Source: Alphaproteobacteria bacterium
Lineage (GTDB): Bacteria; Pseudomonadota; Alphaproteobacteria; UBA828
NCBI GenBank assembly: GCA_963667785.2
Contig: CAXXMU010000008.1
Location: forward strand, 1-64,000
Length of the DNA: 64,000 bases
Direction: 5' to 3'
This document shows, piece after piece, positions 60,824 through 64,000 of this stretch. The notes beneath the pieces were generated by a model. The model worked only from the letters and a program-made list of their open reading frames with translations, had not been told where the DNA came from and ran no database searches. The translations under genes and the position numbers were made by a program. Every line of letters starts with the position of its first letter. Position 1 is the first letter of the stretch.

Positions 60824-61849
60824 ATGAGCAGGACGGGGAAAGACCTGATCGTGAGCGCGGTGGCGGGCATCGCCATCGTGGCGGTGTTCGCAAGCTTCGA
60901 CCTGGTGGAGAGCCTGTTCGAGGCCACGCGAGAGCACGAGGACTGGGACCTGGACGAAATCATCGCCTGCATCCCGGCACTCGCCATCGTGGCGACGTGG
61001 TTTTCCCTGCGGCGCTGGCGCGAGGTCGCGGAGCTGAACAGGACCCTGAAGCGACAGGCCGGCGAACTCGCCGACGCGCTGGAGCAGCGCCAGGCCATGG
61101 AGGAGCAGCTTCGCGAGGGATACAAGGTCGCGGCCATGGGGACTCTCGGTCGCGGCTTCGCCGGCGAGCTTCGACGCGCGCTCGAGCCGATCGAACGGCT
61201 CTCCGGGGAAGGACTGGACCGGACCACTCTGGACGCGGACGAGAAGACCCGACTGGAGCGGATCTCGGACGCGGCGAAGGGAGGGCTCACGATCGTCGGT
61301 CGAATGCTCGCGTTCGGCGACGGCGGCATGCGCGTGAAGGAGGAGATCGTCGCCGCCGACGGGATGCTGGAGAGCCTCTCGCGTGCCAGGGCGGAAATCG
61401 ATACGTCCCTCGAAGTCGCGTACCGCGCGAACGACGACGCGTCCCGAATCCGCGTCAACCGCTGGGAGCTTCACGAGGTCGCAGCACAGATCGTCGCCAA
61501 CGCCGCCGACGCGATGGGCCCGGGCGGGCGGATAGAGGTCACCGTCGACCGTGCGACGATCGACGCGTACGGGGCAACCGCGCGCGGCCTGGCTGCCGGC
61601 GATTATGTGCGGGTCACGGTGCGAGACGACGGGCCGGGGATACCGTCCGGGCTCCAGAGCCACGTGTTCGAGCCCTTCTTCACGACCAAGGGAGCGGGGG
61701 ACGGCAAGGGCCTCGGCCTCGCCATCGCCTACAGCCTGATCCGCGGATGGAACGGCGATCTGTCGGTGGAGTCCGAACCGGGAGAGGGCGCAACGTTCGA
61801 GATCCTGATCCCGGCCAGAGACGCGAGCGGAGACCGAAGCGGCGGCTGA
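60824..61849 (+). CDS. Membrane sensor histidine-kinase-like protein (CckA/NtrB-type HATPase) lacking the H-box His
   Basis: Two N-terminal TM segments, coiled coil, N box NAADAM, DDGPGI, FEPFFTTK, GKGLGL; H-box reads GFAGEL. Confidence 0.85.
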   Translation: MSRTGKDLIVSAVAGIAIVAVFASFDLVESLFEATREHEDWDLDEIIACIPALAIVATWFSLRRWREVAELNRTLKRQAGELADALEQRQAMEEQLREGYKVAAMGTLGRGFAGELRRALEPIERLSGEGLDRTTLDADEKTRLERISDAAKGGLTIVGRMLAFGDGGMRVKEEIVAADGMLESLSRARAEIDTSLEVAYRANDDASRIRVNRWELHEVAAQIVANAADAMGPGGRIEVTVDRATIDAYGATARGLAAGDYVRVTVRDDGPGIPSGLQSHVFEPFFTTKGAGDGKGLGLAIAYSLIRGWNGDLSVESEPGEGATFEILIPARDASGDRSGG

Positions 61850-62010
61850 ATGGGACCGCTCGCCGCCGTCCGCAACGGGGCCGAAGGCACCGCATTTCGC
61901 GGCCAGCAACATTGTGGACGGGCGTCGTTTCCTGTAGTCTCGGGCGGGTGAGGATCGAGTCGCGTCGCGCGACCTAATCCCCTGAACCCAAACAATCTTT
62001 TCGGTCATTG

Positions 62011-64000
62011 GTGACAGAGACACCGTCCTCCGCGCCACTCCGCGAGCCGCCCGGCGGCCCGCCCTCGACCCCGCCCGTCGCCATCGAGGAGGAGATGAAA
62101 CGCTCCTACCTCGACTATGCGATGAGCGTGATCGTCAGCCGCGCGCTGCCCGACGTGCGCGACGGGCTGAAGCCTGTGCATCGCCGCATCCTCCATTCGA
62201 TGCACGAGAACGGCTATGACTGGAACAAGCCCTACCGCAAGTCGGCCCGCGTGGTCGGCGACGTCATGGGCAAGTATCACCCCCACGGCGACGCCGCCAT
62301 CTACGACGCCATGGTGCGCATGGCGCAGGAGTTCTCCATGCGCCTGCCGCTGCTCGACGGGCAGGGCAACTTCGGCTCCATGGACGGCGACCCGCCGGCG
62401 GCGATGCGCTACACCGAGGTCCGCCTCGGCGAGCCGGCGCATGCGCTGCTCGCCGATATCGACAAGGAGACGGTCGACTTCCAGGCCAACTACGACGAAT
62501 CGGCGCACGAGCCCGTGGTGCTGCCGGCGGCCTTCCCGAACCTGCTCGTCAACGGCGCCGGCGGCATCGCGGTGGGCATGGCGACCAACATCCCGCCCCA
62601 CAATCTAGGCGAGGTCGTCGACGCGGCCTGCGCCTGTCTCGACGACCCGGAGATCACGGTCGACGCCCTGATGGAGCACGTTCCGGGGCCGGACTTCCCG
62701 ACCGGCGCCACGGTCATCGGTGCCGCCGGCATCCGTCAGGCCTATCACACGGGGCGCGGCTCCGTGATCATGCGCGGCCGCACCAGCTTCGAGCCGAGCG
62801 ACGACGACCCCAAGAGGATCGTCGTGGAGGAGATCCCGTATCAGGTCAACAAGGCCCGGATGATCGAGCGCATCGCCGCGCTCGTGAACGAGCGCCGCAT
62901 CGAGGGGATCGCCGACCTTCGCGACGAATCGGACCGCGACGGCGTGCGCGTGGTCATCGAGCTCAAGCGCGGCGCGATGGCCGAGGTGGTGCGCAACCAG
63001 CTCTATCGCTACTCGCCGCTGCAGACCAGCTTCGGCGTGAACATGCTGGCGCTGCGTGGCGGCCGGCCCGAGCTGCTGACGCTGAAGGACATCATCGCGG
63101 CGTTCATCGACTTCCGCGAGGAGGTCGTCACCAGGCGCACGACCCATCAGCTCGCCCAGGCGCGGACGCGCGCGCACGCGCTCGCCGGCCTCGCCATCGC
63201 CGTCGCCAACATCGACGAGATCATCGCGCTGATCCGCAAGGCGAAGGACCCGGCCGAGGCCCGTGCCGCCCTCACCGGCAGGGATTGGCCGGTCAAGGAC
63301 GCGGGCCCGCTGATCGCGCTGATCGCCGACCCCAGGCAGCAGGTGAGCGAGGGGGCCTCGGGCGGCACCTGCCGCCTCACCGACGAGCAGGCGCGGGCGA
63401 TCCTGGAGCTGCGCCTGCAGCGGCTCACCGCCATGGAGCGCGACAAGATCGCCGACGAGCTCTCGGGCATCGTCGAGCAGATCAAGGACTACATCGACAT
63501 CCTGCGGAACCGGGACCGGCTGCGGGCCGTGCTGCGGGACGAGCTCGTCGCGACCCGCGACAAGTTCGCCGACGAGCGGCGGACCGAGCTGCAGCCGATC
63601 GAGTTCGAGCACGATGTCGAGGACCTGATCCAGCGCGAGGAGATGGTGGTCACGCTCAGTCACCGCGGCTACGTCAAGCGGGTGCCGCTGTCGACCTATC
63701 GGGCGCAGCGGCGCGGCGGCAAGGGGCGGGCCGGCATGAGCACCCGCAACGAGGACTTCGTCTCGCAGGTCTTCGTCGTCAACACCCACACGCCGGTGCT
63801 GTTCTTCTCGACCGCCGGCAAGGTCTACAAGCTCAAGGTCTATCGCCTGCCTCAGCTCGCGCCGCAGGCGCTGGGCAAGGCGCTGGTCAACCTGCTGCCG
63901 CTGGCAGACGGCGAGACCATATCGACCATCCTGCCGATGCCGGAGGACGAGGACGACTGGGCCAAGCACCAGCTCATGTTCGCGACCGCGTCGGGCTCGG
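62011..64000 (+). CDS. gyrA: DNA gyrase subunit A (3' end beyond the window; absent from the ORF track)
   Basis: [47 protein letters not shown], GyrA-box QRRGGKG at 63706-63726. Confidence 0.97.
   Translation, partial: MTETPSSAPLREPPGGPPSTPPVAIEEEMKRSYLDYAMSVIVSRALPDVRDGLKPVHRRILHSMHENGYDWNKPYRKSARVVGDVMGKYHPHGDAAIYDAMVRMAQEFSMRLPLLDGQGNFGSMDGDPPAAMRYTEVRLGEPAHALLADIDKETVDFQANYDESAHEPVVLPAAFPNLLVNGAGGIAVGMATNIPPHNLGEVVDAACACLDDPEITVDALMEHVPGPDFPTGATVIGAAGIRQAYHTGRGSVIMRGRTSFEPSDDDPKRIVVEEIPYQVNKARMIERIAALVNERRIEGIADLRDESDRDGVRVVIELKRGAMAEVVRNQLYRYSPLQTSFGVNMLALRGGRPELLTLKDIIAAFIDFREEVVTRRTTHQLAQARTRAHALAGLAIAVANIDEIIALIRKAKDPAEARAALTGRDWPVKDAGPLIALIADPRQQVSEGASGGTCRLTDEQARAILELRLQRLTAMERDKIADELSGIVEQIKDYIDILRNRDRLRAVLRDELVATRDKFADERRTELQPIEFEHDVEDLIQREEMVVTLSHRGYVKRVPLSTYRAQRRGGKGRAGMSTRNEDFVSQVFVVNTHTPVLFFSTAGKVYKLKVYRLPQLAPQALGKALVNLLPLADGETISTILPMPEDEDDWAKHQLMFATASGS

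Overview
GC-rich alphaproteobacterial chromosome segment with a Rhodospirillales-like gene order (lineage is an inference). Housekeeping blocks: partial tRNA-Glu, recJ-glpX-hom, phaC, argC-rpsI-rplM, gpmI, serS-surE-nlpD, yajC-secD-secF, trmFO-uvrA, ssb and partial gyrA. Accessory metabolic genes are interspersed between them. The most notable item is a four-gene group-1 soluble di-iron monooxygenase cluster (tmoA/B/C/D-like, 9573-12093). It has intact iron ligands and an apparently divergent substrate pocket, but no beta subunit, reductase or regulator anywhere in the window, and it runs directly into bolA. Other oddities: two probable pseudo-enzymes (an MlaF-like ABC ATPase lacking the catalytic Glu and switch His, and a His-less CckA-type sensor kinase), four MITE-like elements from three families all sitting in stop codons, a ~330-nt nested inverted-repeat element with roughly helically phased ATCCC repeats, a SprT protein with two SH3-like repeats, YajC with a lipobox and a long acidic tail, and an unannotated 30-aa membrane peptide upstream of a puuD-like gene. 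No CRISPR array, transposase, integrase or prophage was seen. Start codons were re-picked by eye. All homology calls come from recalled family motifs, not database searches.
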